The notes under the pieces: model-generated | Told to the model about the DNA's origin: nothing | Databases searched by the model: none | Seen by the model: the letters and a program-made list of their open reading frames with translations, nothing else | Part shown: in pieces, positions 51,576-63,921 of the stretch | How the letters are laid out: each line of letters begins with the position of its first letter | Numbering within the stretch: position 1 is the stretch's first letter | Assembly (NCBI GenBank): GCA_964016885.1 | Contig: OZ024743.1 | Span: 29,016,001-29,080,000 of the forward strand | Direction of reading: 5' to 3' | Length of the DNA: 64,000 nucleotides | Source: Eledone cirrhosa | Taxonomy: Eukaryota | Made by a program: the position numbers and the translations under genes

Positions 51576-54500
51576 AAGTGAATATTATGGTATATTCTAT
51601 TCTATCTTAATTATTTTCTTTCTCTCAAAAAAAAGAAAAAAATGGGTTGATTGTGTTCAGTAATCATCACAAAAATGTATTAAAAATCAATGAAATATAT
51701 TTGAAAATATCTAATTAGTTTGGTAGCTAGTTGCTGGTAAGGAAGCAAATATAAGGTTGTAAAATAATAGTAACAAATAAACAACAGTATGTATTTTATT
51801 AGTAAAATTGTATAACATTTTAGGTACTAAAAAATCATTTATTGCTGTAATATCCAATTTTGAATTTCAAGTCTACAGTTAAAACTTCTGGTAAATGCAT
51901 GTCAGGAATAAGAGTGAGATTCAGTTTCAATTTCTATACTCTAGTACACAATTAAGAAATCGTTCAGTCAAAACATGAAGATTTTTTAAACATTTACTAC
52001 ACAAACTGTAAACTGTTTGTAAATTACTATAATTAGGGAAAAAGTATACAATTGATTGGACTGTGATGATAGAGTCCTATAAAGTGAGTACTAAATAAAG
52101 GTTGCATCTCACTTACAAACGATCCTGCTCTCTCCAGAGTGTACTGGATGTATTTTATCATGGCACCAACACAATGGAGGTTATTATATCTTTAACACAA
52201 ATGAAGAGTCCTCTCAAACCTTTATTTGATAAGTTTTAGACATCTTGATATCCACACTCTATCCAGGGTTACTACATACCCATCCCCCCACTTTACTCTA
52301 GACAGCATCCCCACTAAAACCTTGAGACACTAGTCATAGCCCCTAGAGGCTGTTATCATCACTACCTCCCATTCGCCACCCTTCGCCCTGTCAAATCCCT
52401 CCACATTTAGCACCTGCCCATGACATACACCTTGCCCTTGTTCAGTTGAGTCAATGACAACAACCTCTCTAGTGCTGGTGCTATGATAAATACACCTAGT
52501 ACACTTTGGTGATATAAAGGGTACCCAAATGTAGACATTGCTAAAGTCTGAAGGGTATGGATACCTGGAAAGAGAAGTCGAGAATGCCCCAATTGTAGAT
52601 GGAGGGACCAGATCCTAAAATCATTTCCATGTCAATCATAGGCAGAACTCAATACAAAAACAATGAAAAATGGGACCTCTCTAAAGCTTTTAGGGAATAT
52701 GATACCTAGAGTGAAAAACTAAGGAAACCCCTATGATAGATGTTTATTGAAGAGTTTATAGTTAATATTCCATCACTACTGCCAAGTTGTGTCCAACAAA
52801 GATTAGCAAATTTTGAAGACTGACAAGCCAAAGTTATCCAAGAAAGACTTAGTGATGCTCTCGTGATAATTTAAACAATAATATAATAATTTAGAGAACT
52901 TCCACTAATACACAATGACATGAAACATGAGCAACAAATTTGCATTTTATAGGATTTAAACTCAGAAGCCATGGAGTTGGAGAGGAAATGAATTAGGAAA
53001 CCATTTAGGAACTAGGCTGATATTTTGAATCCGTAGTTATCTCTCAGTTCCCTTTATAGAAAAATAAATATTAAACTGTGTAGCTATGATAATGGTATTG
53101 ATAATGTTGTAAGATATAATTTCATTCTTGTTATAGCAATATCAGTACTTCAGAGAAAAACCCCATAAATTCTGATAAAATTTGGAAATCAAGTCATTGT
53201 ATCAATATAATTAGATCATTTACAACATTTAAGAGATTGTGCTGTTGCAATCAATAGCATTTGGTTATATCTGAAATATTGCCCACTATGAACAGAAAAT
53301 GTAGGCATCAAATTAGCAATGATTTACTTGCTACTGTTAATTAAAGAAAGGTAAAAAAAAAACAAAGCAGAAGTGAGGGTTTGTAGTTTTGATTAAAATA
53401 TATCTAATTCATTGTCCTGCGTTTAAAAATCTGTTCAAAGAGAAGTGTGAAGTAACTTTGTTCTTCATCCTTTCATTCATCTGATAAATTGAGAGAATAT
53501 GTATTAGTAACATCTTGGTTGCATTTAACTGACCATGGCTCTCCTCACTTACAAAACAGCCTGGTAATGTGCCTAGTTGAAAGAACCCCTAATTATCAGT
53601 TACACACTGTGAAGATGAAGATCACTGAACAAAATCATAAATCAAATTAAAACTGTCAAGAAATAAATTACAATGTAACAACATATCCCATATGCATATT
53701 TATTGCCCCTTAAAACAATTAATATTTCTATGGATAATGGAAATTTACGCTGTTGCCAATAGAGGAACTGTTTGCCTCTAAGAACTCTGTCATTGTCAAT
53801 TAATTCATTAGCTTCCAGTACTAAGTTTTAATATCAGCAAGAGACATTTACAGAGTTATGGTATCCTTCCAGCTCAAATACACTAGATATAAAACAAAGA
53901 GAGTAATATGATGTCATTATTGTTCAATCAATCTAGTATATTTCTCAACATGCCCATAATTCTACAAATGTCCCTTGCTAATATTAAAGCTCAGTACTGG
54001 AGTCATGTAGTTAAAAAGTTAGCTTTGCATCATCATAGTTCTGGATAAATTTCTCACTGCAAAACAATGAAATATGTCAATCAAATAATGTTTTCAGATA
54101 TGTACTTGGAACATAAGTTCAGTTAGGTGACTGCATAAATATTGGTAGAATCATTAAAGTATTAGACAAAATGTTTTGTGGTATTTAGTTATAGCTCAAG
54201 CCACTTTTACCTTCCATCCTTCTGGGATTAATAAAATAAAGTACCAGTTAGGTATTGGGATTGATATAATCAACTTACCCTTTCCTTAAAAGTGCTGACA
54301 TTGTATCAATATTAGAAAGAAAGAATTACTGTCATTATTGAATAGTTTTGTTCTTTTAATACAAACTTATATCCTCACAACTATGAGTATCTTTGAAATA
54401 ACAGGACACACCAGCAACTTTAATAATGCACAGGTTAGTTTTGAGTTCATGTGGAATAAATTGTTTGCTCAAACTTGGTGATACATATGATAATATTATA

Positions 54501-55164
54501 ACACATATTTCTAAGTGGGTTCCTACTCCATGATTTTTACTTGTATTATTCTTTTGCTTATTTTTTTAATTTAATCTTGATATTTAATAATTAAACTATT
54601 TAAAGAACACATGTATTCGACAATGAAATTAATTGCATTCTCAATTCTCTCTTTGTTATCTTTCCATATTTAAGGTTGATGATAATAAATCAATGGGGCT
54701 CTTGTTCCCAAGTAGTGCCCAAAGGTTTAACAACAGTTATAAAAATGAAATTAAAAATGATACATTATTTACAAAAATATTACAATGATATTCACAAAAT
54801 ATTGAAAAACTTACAATTAATTATGTTTTTTTCCCAAAAAGATCTGTTATCACAAAATTCCTAATAAAACAGTAAGTACTGTAAACATTTCAAGCTTTCC
54901 ATGTTGCTATTTCTCACCTCGCTTAAAGCAAAATAAAGGTGACTTCTTACACCAACCCACTTTCATTCTCTCATTCACACTTTGCCAATTATTGTATAAT
55001 TGCTGTCGCCCACTCACTTTTTATTTATTCTTCAATAGCCTTTTTCTACACTATCTCTTTAGCATGACAGCAAATAATAACACTTAACTTATCACATCTA
55101 GATATCTGTTAGTGGTTGAATTAAAATAAGAGACACACAGTGACACTTACCCCGTTTATATATC

Positions 55165-56790
55165 ATCATAGTCATTTTACGACTTTTCCATGATTGCATG
55201 AGATGGAGGGGTCTTTTGTCATCTCTGAGAGCTTCAACAATCAGAGAATAGCTCTCACCACTTCTGCACAAGTCTTCCTTTGTCTCCCTTTATTACAGCT
55301 TCCTTCCACTGGGATTTCTTGGCACTTCTTCACTTAATGATCATCGTCCATAAGTGTCCATACCATTACAGTTTTCTCTCCTGCACACATCTGATTCCTC
55401 ATATACCTGGCTTTTCTCTCAGCTCATCCATACTTTGTCATTCATAAATACTAACATTGCACATCCATTGCCGCATGCTAGTTTCATTTCTCTCCAGTCT
55501 TCACATATCCTCTGTCTCACTACCATGCAAGATTGCATATCACAGAGCTAAAGCTTTCGTTTGTAGAGAGAAACCTTTTGTTGTCTACAGAGGTAATAGC
55601 TCCCTGAACTTTTTTCACCCTGTTCATGTTCTAGCTACTATGTTCTCAGAGCAACTTGCTTAACTGCTAATTAGATCACCTAGCTAGCAGAAACTATCAA
55701 CATTTCTTTGGATCCCTCATGAGATTGGAAAGTTTAATTCACTAATGCTCTTACCACCAACTAGCTTTTTGAATCTGCTATATATAAAGTCTACATTTTG
55801 TGTTAGTCTGCCTCCTCTCCCACTATATTTCTTGTATCCAAGATTTACACAATATACTGTTTCTACCTACTTCTTTTCTGCATATCAAGCAAGACCAAAT
55901 CCCTCTTTTGATTCTAATTTCTTTTTCAAAGCTGTAATTTCTTCTTCCACTAATTTAGCTATAAGAACCGGGTCATCATCAGTATTAAAGTCCTCTGTTA
56001 TGGTCTGGCAGACTATAATAAACAGGAGTGGGCTGAGGACTGAGCCCTGATGCACATTGAATTCCCCACCAAACTTATTACCTACTCTCAATTTGCTAAC
56101 ATCTCCTCTGTACATGGCTTACACTGCTCTCACAAGCCACTCTTCGATGCCTAGTTTCCTCATGGACCCCCAGATGACAGATTGTGGTACTCTGTCAAAG
56201 GTCTTCTCTAGATTCACGAAAACTAAATATATTGGTTTACAATTAGCTAGGAACTTCTCTTATAGTCTCTTTAAGAAAAGGGCATCTGAGGTGTTCCCTC
56301 CTGGTATAAAACCAAACTGCATTTTATCTAATTTAACCCTTTCTTTAATTAGGTGAGCTAAAACCTTTTTGTAAATAGACCCATCAGTTTTATGCCCTTG
56401 TAATTGCTCCTTTCTAGTGTATCACCTGTTCAGTTGTAACAATTAATGGATATACTGCTATGCCAGTCACTGGGTATCACCCCATTATGTAACCTGATTG
56501 GTTATGTAAGTGACTAATTCAGCTCCTAGTTTCCCCAGATTTCAAAATCTGACAGATGCTGTACCATTTTTCAACTTCTTGATTATTTCTTTGCCTCTAT
56601 AACTGTCAATTTTGATAGCTGGTTGAGTCAGCTGGGGGATGTCTCTCTTTCTCCCACTCATTCTCCATATTCATCAACCTCTTATAATAGCATTTTTGAT
56701 AGCTGTTGAGTCAGCTGGGGGATGTCTCTCTTTCTCCCACTCATTCTCCATATTCATCAACCTCTTATAATAGCATTTATAGGCTCCTTT
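55165..56790 (-). mobile_element. Decayed RTE fragment with an 84-bp tandem duplication (56611-56778)
   Basis: VHQGSVLSPLLFII and other RT motifs with many lesions; the duplicated unit is seen directly. Confidence 0.8.
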
Positions 56791-56860
56791 CTTATAGATA
56801 CATGCACACACACATAATATATATACATATATAGTACATTTTATATTTGTATATGTATAT

Positions 56861-58789
56861 CATCATCATCATCATCATCAACGTTTAACGTCCGTGTTCC
56901 ACGCTTGCATGGGTTTGGACGGGGGTAGTCCCACTTGAGGCAAGAGTGATTGTCTTGCTCGCATAGGACTGTCTGGCAGGTTTTCTACAGTTGGATGCCC
57001 TTCCTAACACCAACCACATTTACAGTGTGGGTCTGGGAGGTTTTTACCGTGTTGCCTACACGGCCACATTACAGCGTGGACTGTGTGTTTTTTTGTCGTG
57101 ACACCTACACGATCTCATTTGTTTCGGCCTGGATGGCGCGGCACCAATATAACTTTACATAGAACGGGGTGGTGTGGATGGGGTGGGGGTGGTGGCGGGA
57201 CGGGGTGTATTTTGTTAGAGATGCCTACTGGCAAGGCGGGTCTTCTCTGTTACTGAGTACCGCCAAAGGTCACGGTCCAGTGACATTGTCTTGGAGAGGT
57301 GTAAGTGTGTGAGGTCGGAGTTTATCAGCTCATCCCATGTTTTTCTAGGTCTGCCTATTCCGTGGCTACCGTCTATCTTTATTGCCCTGCACTTTGTAAT
57401 ACAGCTATCGACTTTCATGCGCATCACGTGTCCATACCAACGCAGCCTTCTCTCGAGTAAACAACATCTGATCCCTCTTATCTCTAATTTTTTCCTTAGT
57501 TCGTTTATGCTTTGCCGTTCACGTATATTACTGTTACACATCCAGCGGAGCATGCAAGCTTCGTTCCTCTCTAGTCTGCGTATATCCTCTGCACACAATG
57601 CCCAGGTCTCACTACCATGCAACATTGCTGTTCGTATGCAGGCATCGTACAACCTGCCTTTCATTTTTACGGAGAACCCTTTAGCAGCTAATAGTGGTAT
57701 AAGCTCTCTGAACTTTTTCCAACCAGTTCTGACTCTAGCTACAGTACTTTCAGAGCACCCTCCCCCACTGCTGATTTTATCGCCCAGGTAACGGAAGCTG
57801 TCCACTATTTCTATAGAACCCTCTGCGCAATTGAAAGAGCTAGTATTTTGTGGGCACTTGCTGCTACTTATTGCACCAGAACACCGGCCACATGTAAAGT
57901 CTATGTTCTTAGTTAGCTTACCTGTGATCCCACTACATCTTTTATGCACCCATACTTTGCATTTAGGACATAAGATGGAGTTTCTACCTACGCCTTTCCT
58001 ACATACCGAGCACGACCATTTCCCAGAAGGGACCGCCGCCTTGTTTTCTTTCCTACAAACTAGAACTTTGGTCTTAGCCAGGTTAATTTTAAGTCCTTTT
58101 GACTCTAGGCCGTGCTTCCATGTTTGGAATTTCTTCTCTAGCTCGGCCATTGATTCCGCTATGAGTGTCAGGTCGTCTGCGTATAGGAGTTCCCATGGGC
58201 AGCCTGTCTTGAACTCCTCTGTTATAGCCTGAAGGGCAATAATAAATAGTAGGGGGCTGAGAACAGAGCCCTGATGGACGCCAACTTTTACGCTAAACTC
58301 TTCACTATATTCGTTGTTAATTCTAACCTTGCTGACTGTTTCTTTATACATGGCTTGTATAGCCCTCACAAGCCATTCGTCAACGCCTAGTTTTCTAAGA
58401 GCCCACCAGATAATGGAGCGAGGGACTCTGTCGAAGGCTTTCTCCAGGTCGACAAAAGCTAAGTAGAGGGGTTTACCTTTAGCTAGGTACTTCTCCTGTA
58501 GTTGTCGTACTATGAAAAGAGCGTCTGTGGTGCTTTTGCCTGACACAAACCCGAACTGCATTTCATCTAGATCAATTCTCTCTCTGATTAGTTGCGCTAT
58601 TACTTTTTCCGTGACCTTCATGACCTGGTCGATTAATTTAATGCCTCTATAGTTACTCCTATCTAGGGCGTCTCCTTTACCCTTATAACAGTTAACGATG
58701 ATGCTGCTATGCCAGTCCTTCGGAACAACCCCATTCTGTACGACTTGGTTAACTATGCAGGTGACCATGGTGTGTCCCACCGTGCCAGA

Positions 58790-58792
<3 letters not shown>
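56861..58792 (-). mobile_element. Young 5'-truncated RTE LINE in TA-rich sequence
   Basis: Uninterrupted 521-codon frame, ~350-bp 3' UTR and (gat)n tail. Confidence 0.92.
57215..58780 (-). CDS. RTE reverse transcriptase (N-terminally truncated) with an internal PHD-type finger
   Basis: NYRGIKL, QFGF, FVDLEKAFDRV, GVHQGSVLSP, YADD, C4HC3 insert, FRYLG, LRWYGHV, GRPRKTW. Confidence 0.9.
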   Translation of the reverse strand: MGHTMVTCIVNQVVQNGVVPKDWHSSIIVNCYKGKGDALDRSNYRGIKLIDQVMKVTEKVIAQLIRERIDLDEMQFGFVSGKSTTDALFIVRQLQEKYLAKGKPLYLAFVDLEKAFDRVPRSIIWWALRKLGVDEWLVRAIQAMYKETVSKVRINNEYSEEFSVKVGVHQGSVLSPLLFIIALQAITEEFKTGCPWELLYADDLTLIAESMAELEKKFQTWKHGLESKGLKINLAKTKVLVCRKENKAAVPSGKWSCSVCRKGVGRNSILCPKCKVWVHKRCSGITGKLTKNIDFTCGRCSGAISSSKCPQNTSSFNCAEGSIEIVDSFRYLGDKISSGGGCSESTVARVRTGWKKFRELIPLLAAKGFSVKMKGRLYDACIRTAMLHGSETWALCAEDIRRLERNEACMLRWMCNSNIRERQSINELRKKLEIRGIRCCLLERRLRWYGHVMRMKVDSCITKCRAIKIDGSHGIGRPRKTWDELINSDLTHLHLSKTMSLDRDLWRYSVTEKTRLASRHL

Positions 58793-58826
<34 letters not shown>

Positions 58827-58993
58827 ACATATAAATGCTATCATTCAATTTTTATAATGAATAAATAACATTTTCTAAAAATAGTTAAGTAGAAACAAAA
58901 CAGTGCAATCAAATTTTTGCAGAAAAGTATCTTACCTTCGCCAATAAAAAATATGTATTTTGCGAAATCCAGAGGCTTTCAATAATGACCAGA

Positions 58994-59433
58994 AGTCGAC
59001 CCTAAATATTACTAATAGCTCTAGGAAATCCATGAACGACAGCCCATCTTTTTAACTTTGATTTTGAAAGTAGGTTTATAATTATCAAATTTCATTATAC
59101 TACTGTAGCTGTCTCGGTGGCCTAGTTGGAAGAATCATAGACTGGTGATCCTGGTCTGAAGTTCAATCCTGGTCGGCAGTAGGGTTCCCGGTAAACCTTT
59201 TCAGTTTCTTTTCTATTCATTGTAAAATAAAGGTTACATGTACTTCTTGACCAGGATTGAACCCAAGACCAGGAACTCCTCAGTCTTTAGTACCTACAAC
59301 TAGGCCACAGAGACAGCTAGGAAAATCTTATGAAAATTCATACGTATAAACCTACTTTCAAAATTTTCAAAACAAAGTGTTGTGGTGTCGTTCCTGTCTT
59401 TCCTAATGTTATTGCTCCTACTTAAGGTCGACT
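58994..59433. repeat. Foldback element with two convergent tRNA-like units, copy 1
   Basis: Arms pair at 58994-59005/59422-59433, 59061-59080/59345-59364 (perfect 20 bp) and 59106-59128/59297-59319 (22/23). Each arm has A/B boxes. Confidence 0.85.
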
Positions 59434-59595
59434 GCTAAATTATTTGGGTGTTCCAAAAACTACATCCTCATTTTGTTTCACATCTATCTAGACTATATTT
59501 TAACCAGTAATCCATGTTTCATTTCTGTTGCGCCTCATCACCCCCTCTCTTTCTCTCTGTGATACTTGAATCTACTATGATTTGGGCTTACTTTC

Positions 59596-60070
59596 ATCAT
59601 CATTATCATCATTTTACGTCCGCTTTTCCCTGCTTGCAAGGGTGGGACGGGTCCTATTCAGCACAGCATCTCACCACTTGTCAGTCCTTCGTCATCTCCT
59701 AAGTGAGCTTCAGCAATCTGAGGTCTTCTCTCACCACCTCCGCCCATGTATTTTGTGGTCATCCTCTACTGCGTCTTCCTTCTACTGGGATTTCTTCGTA
59801 CTTCTTTACCCAGCGGTTATCCTCCACGCGCATCACGTCCATACCATCGCAGTCTTCTCTCCTGCACACTACAACTTACACCTCTCATACACAGTTTCTC
59901 TCTCAACTAATCTATGGTTGGTCGTTCACGCACATTAACATTGCACATCCAACGTAGCATGCAGTTGCTGCCCATGTCTCACTACCATGCAGCATTACGG
60001 TTCTCACACAGGCATCCTATAACCGGCCTTTCATACACAGGGAGAAACCCTTCTTTGACAACAGAGGAAG
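59596..60070 (-). mobile_element. RTE 3' fragment with internal deletions
   Basis: Reverse complement of about 62910-63397. Confidence 0.85.
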
Positions 60071-60164
60071 CAGCTTACTTTAATCATATATATACGTTTT
60101 TGCATGTTAGATTCAAACTTACAATGATTGGCATTATATATATATATGTTTTTTTTTTTTAATG

Positions 60165-63100
60165 ACCATGCTGTAAAATGGAGGAGTAGGGAGGGCCCAT
60201 GAGTCCAGTAAGACATCCTCTCTGTGCTGGTGGCACAAATAAAAGCACCCAGTCCATGCTGTAAAGTGGCGCTGGTGTTAGGAAGGGCATCTAACCAGTG
60301 TATCAATGCCAAAACGATTATAAGCACAGCAACAAGTATATAGGAACAACAAAATATGAAGACGTCGCATCTCAGAGTTGCAACACTTAATGTTGGCACT
60401 CTCAGAGGTAGAGCTGCTGAAATAGCAGAGATGCTGGAGAGAAGGCATGTGGATGTGTGCTGCGTGCAAGAGGTGAGATAGAGAGGTGCCTCTGCGAGAC
60501 TAGTCGCAGGCAAACATCTTAGTTATAAGCTTTTCTGGGTAGGTAAGGATGATGGGTTAGGGGGAGTAGGCATTTTCCTGGCTGAGGGATGAATCAATAA
60601 GACAATAGAGGTAGTTCGAGTTAGTAATCGAATAATTAAGCTTAGATTAGTTGTAGGCAGGAGACTACTGACAATCATCTCGGTCTATGCTCCCCAAGCA
60701 GGCCTAAGCAAAGAAGAGAAAGACTGCTTTTACGAGCAACTTTTACAAACAACCGCAATGACAGAGGACGGAGACATCGTTATGCTAGCAGGGGACTTCA
60801 ATGGTCATGTTGGACAGCTCCAGGATGGTTACACTGGGGTACATGGTGGGCACGGTTACGGCTCAAGAAATGAAGGAGTGAGACTTCTTGAATTTTGTGA
60901 TGCAAGTACACTGACTATTTGCAACACTAACTTCCAGAAACCTGCCAACCACCTAATAACCTACAAATCAGGCGAGCACATAAGCCAGATTGACTTCTTA
61001 CTAGTTAGGCAGCGGGACAGGCAGATGGTGTTTAATACCAAGGCATACCCTGGGGAAGAATGTACCCCACAGCATAGGTTAGTCGTTAGTGATATCTCAG
61101 TAAGCAAGAGATGGAATGAGACACACAGGAAGCTGTGGAGAAGAAAGGTCTGGAAGCTAAAAGACCTTTCACTAAAATACAAATTTAGAAAAGCCCTTGA
61201 AGATATGTATGACGAAATAGAAGACGATTTAGAGACGTATGACATAGATAATAACTGGAATTTCTTACGTGACAACTTGCTGCAGGCTACTGATGAAACT
61301 TGTGGCTGGAGCAGAGCTCCAACCAGACAGAGAGTGACCTAGTGGTGGAACAGCACAGTAGATAAGGCCATGCATGGAAAGCTTGGAAGGCTTGGAAAAA
61401 GACTAGCATGGAAGGCTTGGAAAAAGGGTGGGAGTAGAGAAGGATAGACAGTCGCTAAGAGAGAAGCTAGACATCAGGTGTACTTAGCACGCAGGGAGGC
61501 TGAGAGTAGGAGGTTTGCCAATATTCTGTGGCGGGAAGATCAGAGGCATGCGGTGTTCCACATTGCAAGGCAGTGTGTCAGTGCAAATCAGGATGTTGTT
61601 GGAAATAAATGTGTCCAGAATGATGCCGGTGGACTTAGTGTCACGAATGATCAGAAAAAGGAGGCCTGGAAATGTCATTATGAGAGACTAATGAATGTGG
61701 AGAACGAATGGGAGAGAGAGAAATTACCCCCAGTAGATCCGACAGAGGGACCAGCTATTGAGGTTGATGAATATAGGGTCCAAGAGGCGATTAAGGAAAT
61801 GAAAAATGATAAGGCTGCTGGACCATCGGGGATAGTTGCTGAGATGCTGAAGACATCAAGAAACGTAGGAACTAAACTGGTTGCACGCATCATCAATCAG
61901 GCTATATATGGGGGTGTCATACCCAAAGACTGGTGCAGCAGTATTCTCATAAATTGCTACAAAAGTAAAGGGGATGCTCTGGAGAGGAGCAATTATAGGG
62001 GTATAAAACTGATGGATCAGGTTATGAAAGTGGCAGGAAGGATATTAGCACAACTAATTAAAGAAAAGGTCAAACTAGATGAGATGCAGTTTGATTTTCT
62101 GCCTGGGAAGAGTACAACAGATGCCCTCTTCTTGGTGAGACAATTACAAGAGAGGTTCTTAGAGAAAAATAAGCCACTATACTTAGCCTTTGTTGACCTA
62201 GAGAAGGCCTTTGATAGGGTACCCCGATCTGTCATCTGGTGGTCCTTAAGGAAACTAGGTGTTGAGGAATGGCTTGTGCAAACTTTGTACAGAGGTACTG
62301 TCAGGGTAGGAATGGAGTTTAGTGAGGAATTCCAGATACAAGTAGGAGTACATCAAGGTTCGGTCCTCAGCCTGCTCTTGTTCATTATAGTCCTCCAAGC
62401 CATAAAAGAGGAGTTTAAGACTGGCTGTCCATGGGAACTTCTCTATGTCGACGATCTAGTTCTTATAGCAGAATCAGTAGAGGAACTAGAGAATAAATTC
62501 TGGCTTTGGAAACAGCAGTTGGAAGCAAGAGGACTGAGAGTGAACCTAGCTAAGACAAAAGTGTTGATGAGTAGAAAAGAGGACAAAACTCTGATTCCGT
62601 CAGGGAAATGGCCATGTTCGATATGCAGAAAAGGAACTGGCATAAATTCTATAAAATGCACACAAGAGATGTAGTGGGATAGCAGGCAAACTAACAGGTA
62701 GGTAGAAATACGTATGCAGTAGATGTACAGGGAAATTAGAGAGTAGAAGTCGCATTGATAGACACATTTTTCAAATGCAGGCGGGTGTTATAGAAGTGGT
62801 GGATAGCTTCCGGTACCTAGGAGATCAGATTAGCATGGGGGGGGGGGTTTCGAGGCCATAGTATCTAGAATAAGGACGGGTTGGAAGAAGTTTAGGGAGC
62901 TGCTTCCTCTGCTGACAAATAAGGGTTTCTCCCTGCGTACGAAAGGCCGGTTATATGATGCCCGTGTGAGGAGCGCAATGCTGCATGGTAGTGAGACATG
63001 GGCAGCAACTGCAAAGGATATGCGACGGCTGGAGAGAAATGAGGCAAGCATGCGTTGGATGTGCAATGTCAATGTGCGTGAATGTGTTGAGAAACTGTGT

Positions 63101-63397
63101 CTGAGAGTGATAGAATGTAGTGTGCGACAGAGGAGACTGAGGTGGTATGGAAATGTGATGCGCATGGAGGATGACCGATGGGTGAAGAAGTGCCAGGAAA
63201 TGCCAGTTGAAGGAAGACGTGGTAGAGGTAGACCACAAAAAACATGGGCGGGGGGTGGTGAGAACAGACCTCAGATCATTGAAGCTCACGGTGGAGATGA
63301 CGAAGGACCGTGACAAGTGGAGAGATGCTGTGCTGAATAAGACCCGTCCCACCCTTGTAAGCAGGGAAAAGCGGACGTAAAATGATGATGATGATGA
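60165..63397 (+). mobile_element. Near-full-length decayed RTE LINE (single APE-RT ORF, disrupted)
   Basis: 5' UTR-like segment with gttaggaagggcatc. Motifs LRVATLNVGTL, CVQEVR, VYAPQ, GDFNGHVG, QIDF, QHRLV, RT motifs and LRWYG; (gat)n tail; several stops and frameshifts. Confidence 0.92.
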
Positions 63398-63503
63398 TTA
63401 TGATATATATCATTTGTTTGCTAAAATAATCAAATTATATTAATTCAACAGTTAAACACACATAGGAATAATAAGGTTGTTACCAAAGGGCCAGATGATT
63501 GAC

Positions 63504-63921
63504 AAGTCGACCTTAAATATTATTAATAGCTCTAGGAAAGACCTTTTTAACTTTGATTTTGAAAGTAGGTTTATAATTATCGATTTTCATTGTACTTTTG
63601 TAGCTGTCTCCGTGGCCTAGTTAGTAATCCTGGTCTGAAGTTCGATTCTGGTTGGGAGTAGGGTTCCTGGTAAACCTTTTCAGTTTTTTCTATTGGTTGT
63701 AAAATAAAAACGGCAAAAGGTTACATGTACCTCTCGACCAGGATTGAACCCAAGGCCAGGATCTCCACTGTCTCTAGTACCTACCACTAGGCCACAGAGA
63801 CAACTACAAACATCTTATGAAAATTCATACTTATAAACCTACTTTCAAAATTTTCAAAACAAAGTGTTGTGGTGTCGTTCCTGTCTTTCTTAATGTTATT
63901 GCTCCTACTTAAAGTCGACTT
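63504..63921. repeat. Foldback element with two convergent tRNA-like units, copy 2
   Basis: Colinear with 58994-59433; aagtcgaccttaa ... ttaaagtcgactt ends; two short deletions in the left arm. Confidence 0.85.

Noticed and set aside
57166-57207. G-quadruplex-like tract as a separate regulatory feature
   Set aside because: It lies within the RTE 3' UTR and nothing supports a separate role.
59106-59319. Functional tRNA genes in the foldback arms (and in SINE heads)
   Set aside because: A/B boxes are present, but I could not form a canonical acceptor stem and anticodon arm.
57215-63921. Retron- or DGR-like system (RT plus adjacent structured RNA)
   Set aside because: The RTs are ordinary RTE LINE proteins with LINE tails. 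Adjacency to the hairpin element is explained by insertion.
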